Part shown: piece after piece, positions 20,942 to 31,649 of the stretch
Numbering within the stretch: position 1 is the first letter of the stretch
Layout of the letters: each line of letters begins with the position of its first letter
Assembly: GCA_963790205.1 (NCBI GenBank)
Contig: CAWBNQ010000003.1
Span: 832,001-896,000 of the forward strand
Reading direction: 5' to 3'
From: Nitrospirota bacterium
GTDB lineage: Bacteria; Nitrospirota; UBA9217
Length of the DNA: 64,000 nucleotides
The notes under the pieces: model-generated
What the model saw: only the letters and a program-made list of their open reading frames with translations
Databases searched by the model: none
Told to the model about the DNA's origin: nothing
Program-made: the position numbers and the translations under genes

Positions 20942-23233
20942 ATGCCTCTTAAATCAAAACTTATTCTTCTGTTTTTCGCCTTCACTCTTCTTCCGCTGGT
21001 GTTGTTCGGCGCGGTCGTTTTTTCTCAGGCGAGGAATATCCTGCAGACGGTCCGCATGGCCCAGTTGGACACCATCGCCGACTTAAAGAAAGACAAGATC
21101 GAGACGTTCTTCCGCGAACGGGAGGGCGATCTCCGGTCGGCCCAGGATTTCCGAAACGTCAGAATGAACTTGCCGGTCCTGGTCAAACACGCGGGCGACA
21201 GGACCGCACCGGCGTACGTAAAGGCCAAAAAAGAGCTGGACGATCAGATAAGGACGTTTCAGCGGTCATACGATTATCTGGATGTGATGCTCCTCGACCC
21301 TCACGGAAAGGTTGTATACGTCAGTAACGAGCAGCTCGCTGCGCATCTGGGCAAGCCGTTGCGCAGCAGGAAGTTTTTTGAGGAAGGCAAAAAAAGAATT
21401 TACTTTACCGACGTCTTTTGGGGCGCGGAAGGGGACCGGCGCGTTGAAATGATCGGGATTGCGCCGGTACGCGACCTGCAAGGCGCATTCGCCGGCGCGG
21501 TCGCCCTTGAAATTGATATGGCCCCGATTTTCAAATTTATCCAGGACACCACCGGTCTGGGAACAACGGGTGAAACGTTGATCGCCAGAAAGGAAGGGAA
21601 GGAGACGTTATTCTTGAGTCCCCTGCAGCATGAGCCGAACGCGGTATTAAAGAAGGTTGTTTCTTTGCAGGATAAGATAGCGATCCCGGCAATAAAAGCG
21701 GCCCAGGGAGAAAACGGTTCCGGCATTACGTACGACTATCACGGCGAGGAGGTGCTTGCCGCATGGCGTTATATTCCCTTTTTGCGATGGGGGCTGGTGA
21801 CGAAGATGGATGCATCGGAAGTGTTTGCCCCTGTCCGGAAGCTGCGGGCCCTCGCGATCTCCGTCGGTATCTTCATAGTGTTTATCGGAGCGCTTGCGGC
21901 GCTGGTGATCTCCAGAACGGTTACCGGTCCCATAGTGTCCCTGCAAAAAGGCGCTGAAGCCATAGCTGCCGGAGACCTGAGCAACCGGGTCGGTACCCGC
22001 GCCCAAGACGAGGTCGGCCGGCTTTCACGGGCTTTTGACGCGATGACCGCCGCGATTGACCGGAGGGTACGGGAGCGGACGATTGAACTGGAAAATGCCG
22101 TCGCCGAGCGTAAAGAGGCGGAGAAAATCGTGAGGCTGGCGAATGCCTACAACCGGAGCTTGCTTGAGGCCAGCCTCGACCCGCTCGTGACCATCGACGC
22201 AAACGGCAAGATCACGGACGTGAACGTTGCCACGGAGAGGGTGACCGGCCGCTCGCGCGAAGAACTTATCGGCACTGAATTTTCCGATTACTTCACGGAC
22301 CCGGAGAAGGCCAAGGCCGGATATCAACAGGTGTTTCAGGAAGGCTCGGTGATGGACTACGCGCTCGAGATTAAGCGCCGGGACGGGCACACCACGCCGG
22401 TCCTGTACAATGCCGCGGTGTACAACGACGAGGCCGGAAGCGTCCTCGGCGTGTTTGCCGCGGCCCGGGACATCACCGAGCGCAAGCGGGCGGAGGAAGA
22501 AATCCGGAAGCTGAACCGGGAACTCGAAGCGCGCGTGATCGAACGCACGGCCCAGCTCGAAGCCTCCAACAAGGAACTCGAAGCCTTTGCGTACTCTGTG
22601 TCCCACGATCTGAGGACGCCGCTTCGGGGTATCGACGGTTTCAGCCTTGCGCTCCTTGAAGACTATGCCGACAAGCTGGACGAGAGCGGCAAGGATTACC
22701 TCCAGCGCGTGCGCGCGGGCGCCCTTAAAATGGGACAGCTCATCGATGCGTTGCTGAACCTGTCCCGCCTGACACGCAGCGAAGTCAAGCGCGCTCCGGT
22801 GGACCTGAGCGCGCTTGCGAAGAATGCGGCCGAGGAACTAAGCAAGTCGGAGCCCGGCCGGCGGGTGGAGTTCGTCATCGCCGGCGGCGTGACGGTCAAG
22901 GGCGACCCGGTGATGCTCCGTGCGGTCATCGATAATCTTCTTGCGAACGCGTGGAAGTTCACGGGAAAACGTGATGCGGCGCGGATAGAGTTCGGCGTAA
23001 AAAAAGCCGACGGCAAGACGGCTTACTTCGTGCGAGACAACGGCTCGGGATTCGACATGACCTATGCAAACAAGCTGTTTACCGCATTTCAGCGTCTGCA
23101 CGGTACAGCCGACTTTCCCGGCCTAGGCATCGGACTCGCCACGGTCCAGCGCATCATCCACCGTCACGGCGGCCGGGTCTGGGCCGAAGGCGAGGTTGAG
23201 AAGGGCGCGACGTTTTATTTTACGCTGTCCTGA
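20942..23233 (+). CDS. Cache-HAMP-PAS sensor histidine kinase
   Basis: Two TM segments around an extracytoplasmic domain; HAMP ([13 protein letters not shown]); PAS; SHDLRTP H-box; HATPase boxes. Confidence 0.92.
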   Translation: MPLKSKLILLFFAFTLLPLVLFGAVVFSQARNILQTVRMAQLDTIADLKKDKIETFFREREGDLRSAQDFRNVRMNLPVLVKHAGDRTAPAYVKAKKELDDQIRTFQRSYDYLDVMLLDPHGKVVYVSNEQLAAHLGKPLRSRKFFEEGKKRIYFTDVFWGAEGDRRVEMIGIAPVRDLQGAFAGAVALEIDMAPIFKFIQDTTGLGTTGETLIARKEGKETLFLSPLQHEPNAVLKKVVSLQDKIAIPAIKAAQGENGSGITYDYHGEEVLAAWRYIPFLRWGLVTKMDASEVFAPVRKLRALAISVGIFIVFIGALAALVISRTVTGPIVSLQKGAEAIAAGDLSNRVGTRAQDEVGRLSRAFDAMTAAIDRRVRERTIELENAVAERKEAEKIVRLANAYNRSLLEASLDPLVTIDANGKITDVNVATERVTGRSREELIGTEFSDYFTDPEKAKAGYQQVFQEGSVMDYALEIKRRDGHTTPVLYNAAVYNDEAGSVLGVFAAARDITERKRAEEEIRKLNRELEARVIERTAQLEASNKELEAFAYSVSHDLRTPLRGIDGFSLALLEDYADKLDESGKDYLQRVRAGALKMGQLIDALLNLSRLTRSEVKRAPVDLSALAKNAAEELSKSEPGRRVEFVIAGGVTVKGDPVMLRAVIDNLLANAWKFTGKRDAARIEFGVKKADGKTAYFVRDNGSGFDMTYANKLFTAFQRLHGTADFPGLGIGLATVQRIIHRHGGRVWAEGEVEKGATFYFTLS

Positions 23234-23348
23234 GTAAAAAATAATGTTTTGACATAGCCGCTGAAATGAATACAATGGGCATAGGGTCCCGGCGGACAAG
23301 TATCGTTGAGATTTCGGTTTTCATAAAATAAAAGATAAGGAGCATGGA

Positions 23349-23780
23349 ATGAAGAACAAGGTCATTTTACTGGCTGAAGACAATCCGGACGACGTAAAGC
23401 TGACGATGCGGGCGCTCAAGAAGGCCAATGTCCTGAACGAGGTCGTGGTGGCGCAGGACGGGACTGAGGCGCTCGATTATCTCTTCGGCACGGGCAAATA
23501 TGCGGGCCGGGATATCAATCAGAAACCGCAGGTGGTGCTGCTCGATCTGAAAATGCCCAAGGTGGACGGCCTGGAAGTCCTGCAGCGGATACGGGGCGAC
23601 GAGAGGACGAGGCTTCTCCCGGTGGTCGTCCTTACGACGTCGAGCGAAGACAAGGACCGGGTCAGCAGCTACAAACTCGGCGCGAACAGCTACGTGCGCA
23701 AGCCCGTGGACTTCAACCAGTTCACGGAAGCGGTGAGGCAGCTCGGGCTCTACTGGCTGCTCTTGAATGAAGGGCCGTGA
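23349..23780 (+). CDS. Single-domain response regulator
   Basis: [24 protein letters not shown] and [11 protein letters not shown]; candidate promoter TTGACA-16-TACAAT at 23249-23276. Confidence 0.95.
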   Translation: MKNKVILLAEDNPDDVKLTMRALKKANVLNEVVVAQDGTEALDYLFGTGKYAGRDINQKPQVVLLDLKMPKVDGLEVLQRIRGDERTRLLPVVVLTTSSEDKDRVSSYKLGANSYVRKPVDFNQFTEAVRQLGLYWLLLNEGP

Positions 23781-23822
23781 ACCAATTGCGGATTGCCGAT
23801 CTGAAATCGTAGATCGAATAAT

Positions 23823-25295
23823 ATGCCTAAGCCTCTCAACATATTGATTGTCGAGGATTCGGAAGAGGACACGCTGCTTCTGCTGATGGAACTTCGGCGG
23901 AGCGGCTATGAGCCGGACTTCAGGCGCGTGGAAACGCACGAGGCCATGAAAGAGGCGCTTCAACAGCGCGAATGGGACGTCGTAATCTCGGACTACGTCA
24001 TGCCGAAGTTCAGCGGCCTCGAAGCCCTGGCCACGCTCAAAGAGAGCGGGCTTGATCTTCCGTTCATCATTGTTTCCGGTAATATCGGTGAAGATATCGC
24101 CGTCGAAGCGATGAGGGCGGGGGCGCACGATTACATCCTAAAAGGAAACCTCACGAGGCTCCTGCCGGCGGTCGAGCGGGAAATCCGCGACGCGGAAGTA
24201 CGGAGGGCGAGAAAACGGGTGGAGGAGGAGCGTATCCGTCTCGCCGCTGCGGTCGAATCCGCTGTTGATGCCGTAGTCATTACCGACCCCCGTGGAATCA
24301 TCCGGTATGTGAACCCGGCCTTCGAGAAGATCACGGGCCATTCACGGGAAGAAGTCGACGGACGGGAACTCAGTATTCTCGAGGGCGACCTGCATACAGG
24401 ACCGTTCTCACACGACGTTCAAGAGGCGATGAAGCGCAACGCGCCCTGGACCGGCCGCCTCACCGGCAGGAAGAAGGACGGGACCCTGTATCAAGAAGAG
24501 TGCGCGTACGCCCCGATCAAGGCACCGTCGGGAGATATCGTGAACCATCTTTTCATCAAGCGCGACATTACGGAGAAGCTCAGGCTGGAGTCAGTGGCGC
24601 AGGCTGTGGACACCATGAACAATATCGGCTATATCTTTTCCGGGGTACGGCACGAGATCGGAAATCCCGTGAACGCGGTGATCATGAACTTGAGCCTGCT
24701 CAAGGCAAAGCTCGAAACCATCGACAAGGCGGCCATCGAAAAATATGTGGACCGCGCCCTGGAAAGCTGCGAAAAAGTCGAATATCTTCTCCGGAGCCTC
24801 CGGAGCTTCAATCTTTACGAAAAACCCGATCTCCACAACCTGGATATGGCGGACTTTATGGAAAAATTCATCTCCCTGGTGAATGAGGATTTTGAAAAGA
24901 GAGGCATTGCGATCGATGCCGTCGTGGATAGGGTCCGGGCATATGCCGACGCGAGGGTGCTTCAGCAGGTCTTGCTGAATCTATTCACCAATGCCGCTGA
25001 CGCGCTCAATGGACGTGAAAACCCGAAGATCACGATCAGTGCATCACGGGCCGGGGAGATGGTGCGGGTCCGCGTACACGATAACGGACAGGGGATACCC
25101 GAAGACCGGCTGAAGGAGCTTTTCAAGCCGTTTCATACTTCCAAGCCCACAGGCACCGGACTCGGCCTCGTGATCGTAAAAAAGATGATCACCATGATGA
25201 ACGGCACCGTGGTAATCGCAAGCGCTGCGGGCAAGGGGACCAGCGTGGACATTTTTATTCCTGCCGGCAGGGAAGTTGAACCATCCGAACGGTAA
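23823..25295 (+). CDS. Receiver-PAS-histidine kinase hybrid
   Basis: VEDSEED...SDYVMP receiver; PAS; RHEIGNP H-box; NAADA; DNGQG; GTGLGL. Confidence 0.92.
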   Translation: MPKPLNILIVEDSEEDTLLLLMELRRSGYEPDFRRVETHEAMKEALQQREWDVVISDYVMPKFSGLEALATLKESGLDLPFIIVSGNIGEDIAVEAMRAGAHDYILKGNLTRLLPAVEREIRDAEVRRARKRVEEERIRLAAAVESAVDAVVITDPRGIIRYVNPAFEKITGHSREEVDGRELSILEGDLHTGPFSHDVQEAMKRNAPWTGRLTGRKKDGTLYQEECAYAPIKAPSGDIVNHLFIKRDITEKLRLESVAQAVDTMNNIGYIFSGVRHEIGNPVNAVIMNLSLLKAKLETIDKAAIEKYVDRALESCEKVEYLLRSLRSFNLYEKPDLHNLDMADFMEKFISLVNEDFEKRGIAIDAVVDRVRAYADARVLQQVLLNLFTNAADALNGRENPKITISASRAGEMVRVRVHDNGQGIPEDRLKELFKPFHTSKPTGTGLGLVIVKKMITMMNGTVVIASAAGKGTSVDIFIPAGREVEPSER

Positions 25296-25515
25296 AAGAG
25301 GGAGTCAGCTCTCTGACAGCGAAACCATTTCTTGAACGATGGTTACCTATAAATAACGAGGCCGCTCACGGTCCTTAACGGCAGCTCATTGCCGCGCCCT
25401 CCCCGCTCGCATTTTTTTCGCAACGTCCTTTCAGCGCTCCTGCAGCCTGAAAAGGGCACAAACACCTTGACAGCGCTCAGGTCATTATGTTAGTTTAACG
25501 GCACATTTATTCAGT

Positions 25516-27042
25516 ATGCCGGGAGGACAGGCGTTGGAAAATCAAAAAGGATTAGTTGAAATTGTCTCGGAGAAGATATGGAAGTTTCTTTCCTCCGTCA
25601 AGCTTGCCGTGGTTCTGCTCATCATCCTGGCGATCGTGTCGGTCATCGGCACGCTCATCGCGCAGAACGAAGCCCCGGAGCGATATCTGCGGGAGTACAG
25701 CCAGACCACGGTGAACCTTTTCGAGGCGCTCGGGTTCTTCGACATGTACCATACCTGGTGGTTTGTATTCCTTCTCTTCCTGCTCACCGCGAATCTTACG
25801 GTCTGTACTCTTGATCGCTTCCCCCACACCTGGAAAATCATCACCGCCCCGCTCAAGCCCATCGGAGACGAGGGCCTGAAGGCCCTGCCTTTCAAGAAAG
25901 ATATTACCTTCAAAGGCGGCACGGACAAGGCCGAAGAACGCGCAGCCAAGACGCTTGCGGCGCACGGATACCGCTTCATCGAGTCCCGTGAGGGGGCAAC
26001 GATGCAGCTCCTCACGCAAAAAGGGGTGTACAGCCGTTTCGGCGTCTACATCACCCATGTCAGCATCCTGCTCGTTTTCACCGGCGCGCTGATCGGCGCC
26101 TTCTTCGGGTTCAAGGCCTTTTTAAACCTGCCCGAAGGCAGGGCGTCCAAGGTTGTCTATCTCAGGAACGAGCCCATGTGGGACAGGATCATGGCGACCC
26201 TCGGGATCGCGGAGAGCCCGGTCATCCCGAACCCGCAAGACGGCATGCCTGCCGCCATGCCGCTCGGCTACTTTGTCCGCTGCGACAATTTCGATGTGGA
26301 TTATTATCTGGATGCGACGGGAATGCCGACCGGCATGCCCTCGGAATACCACAGTACGCTGAGCATTTTCGACCTGGAGGGCCAGAAGATTTTCGATAAG
26401 CGAATCCGGGTGAATGATCCGCTCACCTATCACGGCGTCACCTTCTACCAGTCGAGCTATGGGACCATCCCCGACATGACGGGAAAGGTCATTCTGAAAA
26501 TTATTCCCAAGAACAATCCGTCGGAAGGCGAGACGATTACCATCGATCCGGGACAGGCTCAATATGTGCCTTCCATCGACCGGACGATCAAGGTCCTCAA
26601 CTTTGCGCCCTACGGAGTAAAGGACCCTGCCACGGGTCAGGTCGCGTTTTACCATACCGAGAACGATGAATTCATCAATCCCACGGTAGAACTCGGTGTG
26701 TACAAGGGCCCGAAACAGGTGTATAAAACCTTTGTCATGAAGCACGAAGCGGGAGAACCGTACATGCCCGAGAATTACGTCATCAGGTTCGTGGAGGTAT
26801 GGGGCGCCCGCTACACCGGCCTCCAGGTCACCAAGGATCCGGGCGTGTGGGTGGTCTATACCGGTTTTATCCTGCTTTGCATCGGGCCGCTCATAGCCTT
26901 CTTCGGATCCCACAAAAAGCTCTGGATACGGATTCAGGACCATAAGGGACAGGCTGTGATCACGGTAGCGGGTTCCGCAAACCGGAATCGGATCGGTTTC
27001 GAGCGTGAATTCAACAGGATCGTCGATGAGATCGCGAAATGA
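25516..27042 (+). CDS. resB: System II cytochrome c biogenesis protein ResB/Ccs1
   Basis: FLSSVKLA...GTLIAQ, YHTWWF, VCTLDR, YITHVSIL, RVNDPL, YQSSY and TGLQVTKDPG motifs; candidate promoter TTGACA-18-TAGTTT at 25467-25496. Confidence 0.92.
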   Translation: MPGGQALENQKGLVEIVSEKIWKFLSSVKLAVVLLIILAIVSVIGTLIAQNEAPERYLREYSQTTVNLFEALGFFDMYHTWWFVFLLFLLTANLTVCTLDRFPHTWKIITAPLKPIGDEGLKALPFKKDITFKGGTDKAEERAAKTLAAHGYRFIESREGATMQLLTQKGVYSRFGVYITHVSILLVFTGALIGAFFGFKAFLNLPEGRASKVVYLRNEPMWDRIMATLGIAESPVIPNPQDGMPAAMPLGYFVRCDNFDVDYYLDATGMPTGMPSEYHSTLSIFDLEGQKIFDKRIRVNDPLTYHGVTFYQSSYGTIPDMTGKVILKIIPKNNPSEGETITIDPGQAQYVPSIDRTIKVLNFAPYGVKDPATGQVAFYHTENDEFINPTVELGVYKGPKQVYKTFVMKHEAGEPYMPENYVIRFVEVWGARYTGLQVTKDPGVWVVYTGFILLCIGPLIAFFGSHKKLWIRIQDHKGQAVITVAGSANRNRIGFEREFNRIVDEIAK

Positions 27043-27072
27043 TCTGAAGTAATTTCAGGGAGGAAATGATTG

Positions 27073-28311
27073 ATGGATAGCTCCTTACTCTTTAATATCG
27101 CAACGCTGTCGTATCTGTTTGCCATGGTGCTCTATATCAGCTACCTGGCTTTCAAAAAGGACGGGATCGGCAAGACGGCTTCGGCCGTCACGTACCTTGG
27201 TTTCGCCATACAGACCATCGCCTTGTTTCTGCGGTGGAGGGAATCCTATCAGATGGACATCGGCAGGGCGCCGTTGTCCAACCTTTATGAATCCCTCGTC
27301 TTCTTCACCTGGAGCACGGTACTCATCTACATCATCGTCGAACTCAAGTACAAGACCAGGGTCTTCGGCGCCTTTGTCCTGCCGGTGGCGTTTCTCGCGC
27401 TTGCATTCATCAATGTGGCGGGCATCAGCACCGAAATAACTCCGCTGGTGCCTGCACTCAAGAGCAATTGGCTTTTTTACCATGTGCTCGTGAGTTTCCT
27501 TGGGTATGCGGCCTTCGGGATCGCCTTTGCCATCAGTATGATCTATATCCTTATGGACACCGAGGAGCGCGGACCCTCTTTCAACCTGGTCTACGGCGTT
27601 GTTGCCCTCATCGTGCTTGCTTTCCTCGGCTATATCATGACCGGTCAGGGAATGAAAACGACTTTCTGGATGGGGCTCGGGGCCCTGATCCTGGCCTGGT
27701 TCATATTCCTGATCATGTCCGGGGCCAAGCACAAGTCCCAGGTTTATGTGTTCTGGTCTTTCTGCGTTACCCTGGCGATCTCGATGCTTGCGGCCATGGG
27801 GATCGACTTCCTCTACCTCATCTCGTTTCAACACCTCGCTGCCGGTGAATCGTTCAAACAACATATGTTCGAAGCGACTTTTGCCAGCTCCTCGACGCCC
27901 GTTATTCTCATAAGCTGGGCTGCGGTCGTGTTCCTGCTCGTTGTCATCTGGTCTCAGGGCATGCGGCTTAAGGGTTTTTTTAAGCAGTACATGCCTCCGC
28001 TGAATCAGCTCGACGACGTGACGTACCGTATGATCGCGATCGGCTGGCCGCTGCTCACCGCGGGCATCATTACCGGAGCGGTCTGGGCCAACAGCGCCTG
28101 GGGCACCTATTGGGGCTGGGACCCGAAGGAAACCTGGTCGCTCATCACTTGGTTTGTCTATGCGATATACCTTCATGCCCGGTATGTTCGCGGATGGAAG
28201 GGCAGTCAGATGGCCGTGATTTCCGCAGTAGGTTTTCTGGCCGTGATTTTCACCTATCTTGGCGTCAACCTCGTGCTTTCGGGCCTCCATTCTTACGGGG
28301 GAATGAAGTAA
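27073..28311 (+). CDS. ccsA: System II cytochrome c biogenesis protein CcsA/ResC
   Basis: PLSNLYES, PALKSNWLFYHV, WWD domain GAVWANSAWGTYWGWDPKETW and GLHSY. Confidence 0.95.
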   Translation: MDSSLLFNIATLSYLFAMVLYISYLAFKKDGIGKTASAVTYLGFAIQTIALFLRWRESYQMDIGRAPLSNLYESLVFFTWSTVLIYIIVELKYKTRVFGAFVLPVAFLALAFINVAGISTEITPLVPALKSNWLFYHVLVSFLGYAAFGIAFAISMIYILMDTEERGPSFNLVYGVVALIVLAFLGYIMTGQGMKTTFWMGLGALILAWFIFLIMSGAKHKSQVYVFWSFCVTLAISMLAAMGIDFLYLISFQHLAAGESFKQHMFEATFASSSTPVILISWAAVVFLLVVIWSQGMRLKGFFKQYMPPLNQLDDVTYRMIAIGWPLLTAGIITGAVWANSAWGTYWGWDPKETWSLITWFVYAIYLHARYVRGWKGSQMAVISAVGFLAVIFTYLGVNLVLSGLHSYGGMK

Positions 28312-28345
28312 ACATTTTTTGCTCCTTTTGTTGTATCTTTGTTCC

Positions 28346-28386
28346 AACGCCGGTTGACGATACGTTAACCGGCGTTTTTGTTTTGT
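28346..28386 (+). terminator. Intrinsic terminator after ccsA
   Basis: AACGCCGGTTGACG-ATA-CGTTAACCGGCGTT followed by TTTGTTTTGT. Confidence 0.85.
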
Positions 28387-28554
28387 CTTGCGAGTCGCCC
28401 GGCTTTCTATGCTGTTATACAATCCTGCCGTTGATAAATCGGGGAAGGAACTCTCCCGGCTGAAGGACAGAACACTCTCTACGATGTAAGCGTGATATAA
28501 TTAAAGTCAGGCAGGGTTCATGTATTAGCCGATAGAATGAACGGGAGGTGTATT

Positions 28555-28959
28555 ATGAGAGAATTCAGATGCGAAAGCCTGGGGAACAAATGCTCATGGA
28601 AGCATATTGCAAAGACCGAGGAACTGCTTGCCGATGTTGTGGCCATCCATTTGCGTGAAGTTCACGGCGTAAAAGAGGTCGGGCCCGATATGCTGGGGAA
28701 GATAAAAAACCTTTTTCTGTATCCCAGTGCAGTCGATGCAGCAGGAGCAGAGGATCTCGTTTTGAAGGAGTATGCCTGCAAGATGGATCCGGCGTGCGCC
28801 TGGCGGTATATAGCCATGACCGAAGAGCTGATCGCAGACGGCGTGGCTGTCCATGCCAGGGAATCCCACGGGATCAAGGAGTTTACGCCTGCAATGATAG
28901 CCAACGTCAAGAAGTCGGTCCATGAATGGGACCTGGTGAAAGAGAGGAAAGTAGCGTAA
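28555..28959 (+). CDS. Tandem DUF1059-like small metal-binding protein
   Basis: Two repeats of C-x5/6-C.W...A.TEEL.AD.VA.H.RE.HG; SD GGAGGTG. Confidence 0.8.
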   Translation: MREFRCESLGNKCSWKHIAKTEELLADVVAIHLREVHGVKEVGPDMLGKIKNLFLYPSAVDAAGAEDLVLKEYACKMDPACAWRYIAMTEELIADGVAVHARESHGIKEFTPAMIANVKKSVHEWDLVKERKVA

Positions 28960-29126
28960 GCAGTTTGTCGAAAAAGGTCTATAAAGAAAGATCAAATGTC
29001 CTTCTGGGCGAGAGTGCAGGATTTGGGTTTTCACCACTGAGGATAGGGGAGGGGGAGTCTGTCGCCATGCTGAACAATCGGGATATTGTCCTGTTTTCAG
29101 GATGAGAGATGAGTTTCTAACAGCGG

Positions 29127-30785
29127 TCAGCGCTTGACCTCGATATCCAGGCCTTTGTCAATGGAATAGATGGGATAGATTTTAAAATCCTTGACCCAGG
29201 GCTGAATGACGAAGTAATCTGCTTTATGCCACATGAACATCCACGGTGCGTTCTTTATGATGCGTTCCTCTGCCCGGCGATAGAGGCGATAACGCTGTCG
29301 TTCATCCATGGTACGTTGAGCGGTCTCGATCAAACGATCGAGTTCCGGGTCAAGGCAGCGCGTGCGGTTTCCGCCGGGACCGACGCTCGCTGAATGGAAC
29401 AGGGGAAAGAGGAAGTTTTCCGGGTCGGGGTAGTCCGCCCACCAGGACATCCAGAAGGCGTCCGGCTCGCCTTCATTCACGGCCTGTTTTAATGCGCTCC
29501 AGTCACGCTGGACGATTTCCGGTTGGAGCCCCGCTGTTTTTAAATATTCGTCAATTACTTCTACAATATCGATGACATCCTGCTCGTTCGAGATGTATAT
29601 CCTGATCTTCTTCCCGGTCGCCCCCGCCTCCTGAATCAGCTTTTTCGCCTGACGGGGGTCGTAGCGGTAACCGTCTGAAGCCGGCGCTGCAATGCCGTTC
29701 TTCCACAGTCCCGGAGGGATGGGACCGGATGCCAGTACGCCTCGTTTTTCTAAGATAGTGTTTAAAATTTTCTGCCGGTCGACGGCCATATTGACCGCAC
29801 GTCGGACACGGACATCGTTAAATGGCGGCCGCGTACAGTTGAGCCCGAGGTAATAGGTGTTGAGCCCCGGTTTGCCGAATACGAGGTCTCGCCACGCGGG
29901 ATCGGTCGTATAGCGATGATATTCAGACGAGGGAATGAGCAGCACGTCGAGCCGACCGGTCTCGAATTCCATCACCGCCGTGAGGTCCTCGGGAATGATC
30001 TTGTAGTAAATACCGTTCAACTTCGGCCTGCCTTCAAAGTAGTCCTTGTTTGCCGTGAGCATGAGATACTGGCCGTGTTTCCATTCGGTGAGGACATACG
30101 GGCCGCTGCCGACGGGGTGGGTGCCGAAATCCTGTCCCAGCCGATCGACCTCTTCCCGGGGAACGACATAGGCTGTGGTCATGGCGAGAAGCGACAGGAA
30201 GGGGCCGAACGGTTTGTCGAGCTTGAGCACGAGAGTGTGGTCGTTTTCAATCCGGATGCCCGATATGTTTGTTGCCTTGCCTGCAAGAAAAGCGTCGGCC
30301 CCTTCGATCTTGTCGAGGACCCAGGTGAGCGGGGCCTTGGTACCCGGCGTCAGCACGCGCTCGAAGGAATAACGCACGTCCTTTGCCGTGACTTTCCTGC
30401 CGTTACTGAACCTGACCTCCCGTCTGAGATGGAACGTATAGGTTCTCTGGTCAGGGGAAAGGCTCCAGGACCGGGCAAGGTCGGGGACGATGTCGAGGTT
30501 TTCGTTGAAACGGATGAGACCGCTAAAAAGCTTTGCGGCAATATTGCCGCCGATAACATCGGTTATCAAGGCAGGGTCGAGTGTGGTAGGGTTGCTGTTG
30601 AGCCGGAGGTACAGGTATCCCGGGAAACGTGCGTCGTCGGACTTACGGCAACTCGTGCCGGATAGAAAGACAACGATCAGGAGGATGACGGATAACAGTG
30701 AAGACCCTGACCATGCCTTTTTGCGGAGGTTATTTTTTTGACGCGCTGACAAACGCCTCGAAGAGTTTCCTGGTATATCGATCAT
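29127..30785 (-). CDS. ABC transporter substrate-binding lipoprotein, family 5 (peptide/nickel); start uncertain
   Basis: TLDPA, PDLARSW, YTFHLR..V.FSNG, PVGSGPY and W.ADYPDPENFL motifs; lipobox-like GTSC. Confidence 0.9.
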   Translation of the reverse strand: MIDIPGNSSRRLSARQKNNLRKKAWSGSSLLSVILLIVVFLSGTSCRKSDDARFPGYLYLRLNSNPTTLDPALITDVIGGNIAAKLFSGLIRFNENLDIVPDLARSWSLSPDQRTYTFHLRREVRFSNGRKVTAKDVRYSFERVLTPGTKAPLTWVLDKIEGADAFLAGKATNISGIRIENDHTLVLKLDKPFGPFLSLLAMTTAYVVPREEVDRLGQDFGTHPVGSGPYVLTEWKHGQYLMLTANKDYFEGRPKLNGIYYKIIPEDLTAVMEFETGRLDVLLIPSSEYHRYTTDPAWRDLVFGKPGLNTYYLGLNCTRPPFNDVRVRRAVNMAVDRQKILNTILEKRGVLASGPIPPGLWKNGIAAPASDGYRYDPRQAKKLIQEAGATGKKIRIYISNEQDVIDIVEVIDEYLKTAGLQPEIVQRDWSALKQAVNEGEPDAFWMSWWADYPDPENFLFPLFHSASVGPGGNRTRCLDPELDRLIETAQRTMDERQRYRLYRRAEERIIKNAPWMFMWHKADYFVIQPWVKDFKIYPIYSIDKGLDIEVKR

Positions 30786-31458
30786 CGATCGTCTTTTCCG
30801 GATGCCACTGCACGGCAATGAGGAAGTTGTTCTTGGAGCGGGTTTCCAAGGCCTCGAAAACGCCGTCGGGTGATACCGCAGAGAGCCTCAAGCCCCGGCC
30901 CGGGTTCTTGATGCTCTGGTGATGGGAGCTCCGCACCTTGATGCAGCAATCACCGGTCGGCCGGCAGTCTCCCATAATATGGCAAATTTTGGTGCCCTCG
31001 AAAATAGTAACGGGGTGAAACACCCTGTCGCCCGATTTTGCAGGGCCGTGCTTGAGGGTTTTTGGTATCTGCAAGGAAATATCCTGGTACAGGGTGCCGC
31101 CCAGTGCGATGTTTATGAGCTGCGCGCCATGGCAGACGGCAAGCACGGGTCTCTTTTCCTTTACCACGGCCTTGAATAATTTTATCTCGAACTGCGTGCG
31201 TGCGTCGGGAGAGAGCGTCATCCGTGCGCTGGCAAGCGGTTTTTCCTTGTAGAACCGGGGGTGAACGTCGTCGCCGCCGGTGAACAGGAACCCGCCGAGC
31301 TGTTTGACAAGGTCGGGGATCGATGTCTCGATACCCACGATCGGGACCGGGATTCCGCCTGCTTGCGCCACAGCCTTGCCATAATCTTGATCGAGAATAT
31401 TGAAGTTCCTGGCAGGCTGGACCTCTAAATTCATGGTGATGCCGATTAAAGGTTTCAT
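30730..31458 (-). CDS. Peptidase C26 / gamma-glutamyl hydrolase (PuuD-like)
   Basis: KPLIGIT, TGGDD, AVCHGAQ, SSHHQS and VQWHPE catalytic motifs. Confidence 0.9.
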   Translation of the reverse strand: MKPLIGITMNLEVQPARNFNILDQDYGKAVAQAGGIPVPIVGIETSIPDLVKQLGGFLFTGGDDVHPRFYKEKPLASARMTLSPDARTQFEIKLFKAVVKEKRPVLAVCHGAQLINIALGGTLYQDISLQIPKTLKHGPAKSGDRVFHPVTIFEGTKICHIMGDCRPTGDCCIKVRSSHHQSIKNPGRGLRLSAVSPDGVFEALETRSKNNFLIAVQWHPEKTIDDRYTRKLFEAFVSASKK

Positions 31459-31649
31459 GCACATACCTCCGCACTGTGATGGCCAACGCCCACTTCGTTA
31501 TGTATATCACAGTCGGGGAGGAAAGTCAGCGTGAGATTATAATTTGAGACTTATTGCCGCCAGATTTATAACTCATCGCATTCTTTTTTCGTGTAAAAAA
31601 ATCTGAAGGCATGCAGGATGCGTTGCCGTTCATTATATTATATTACCTG

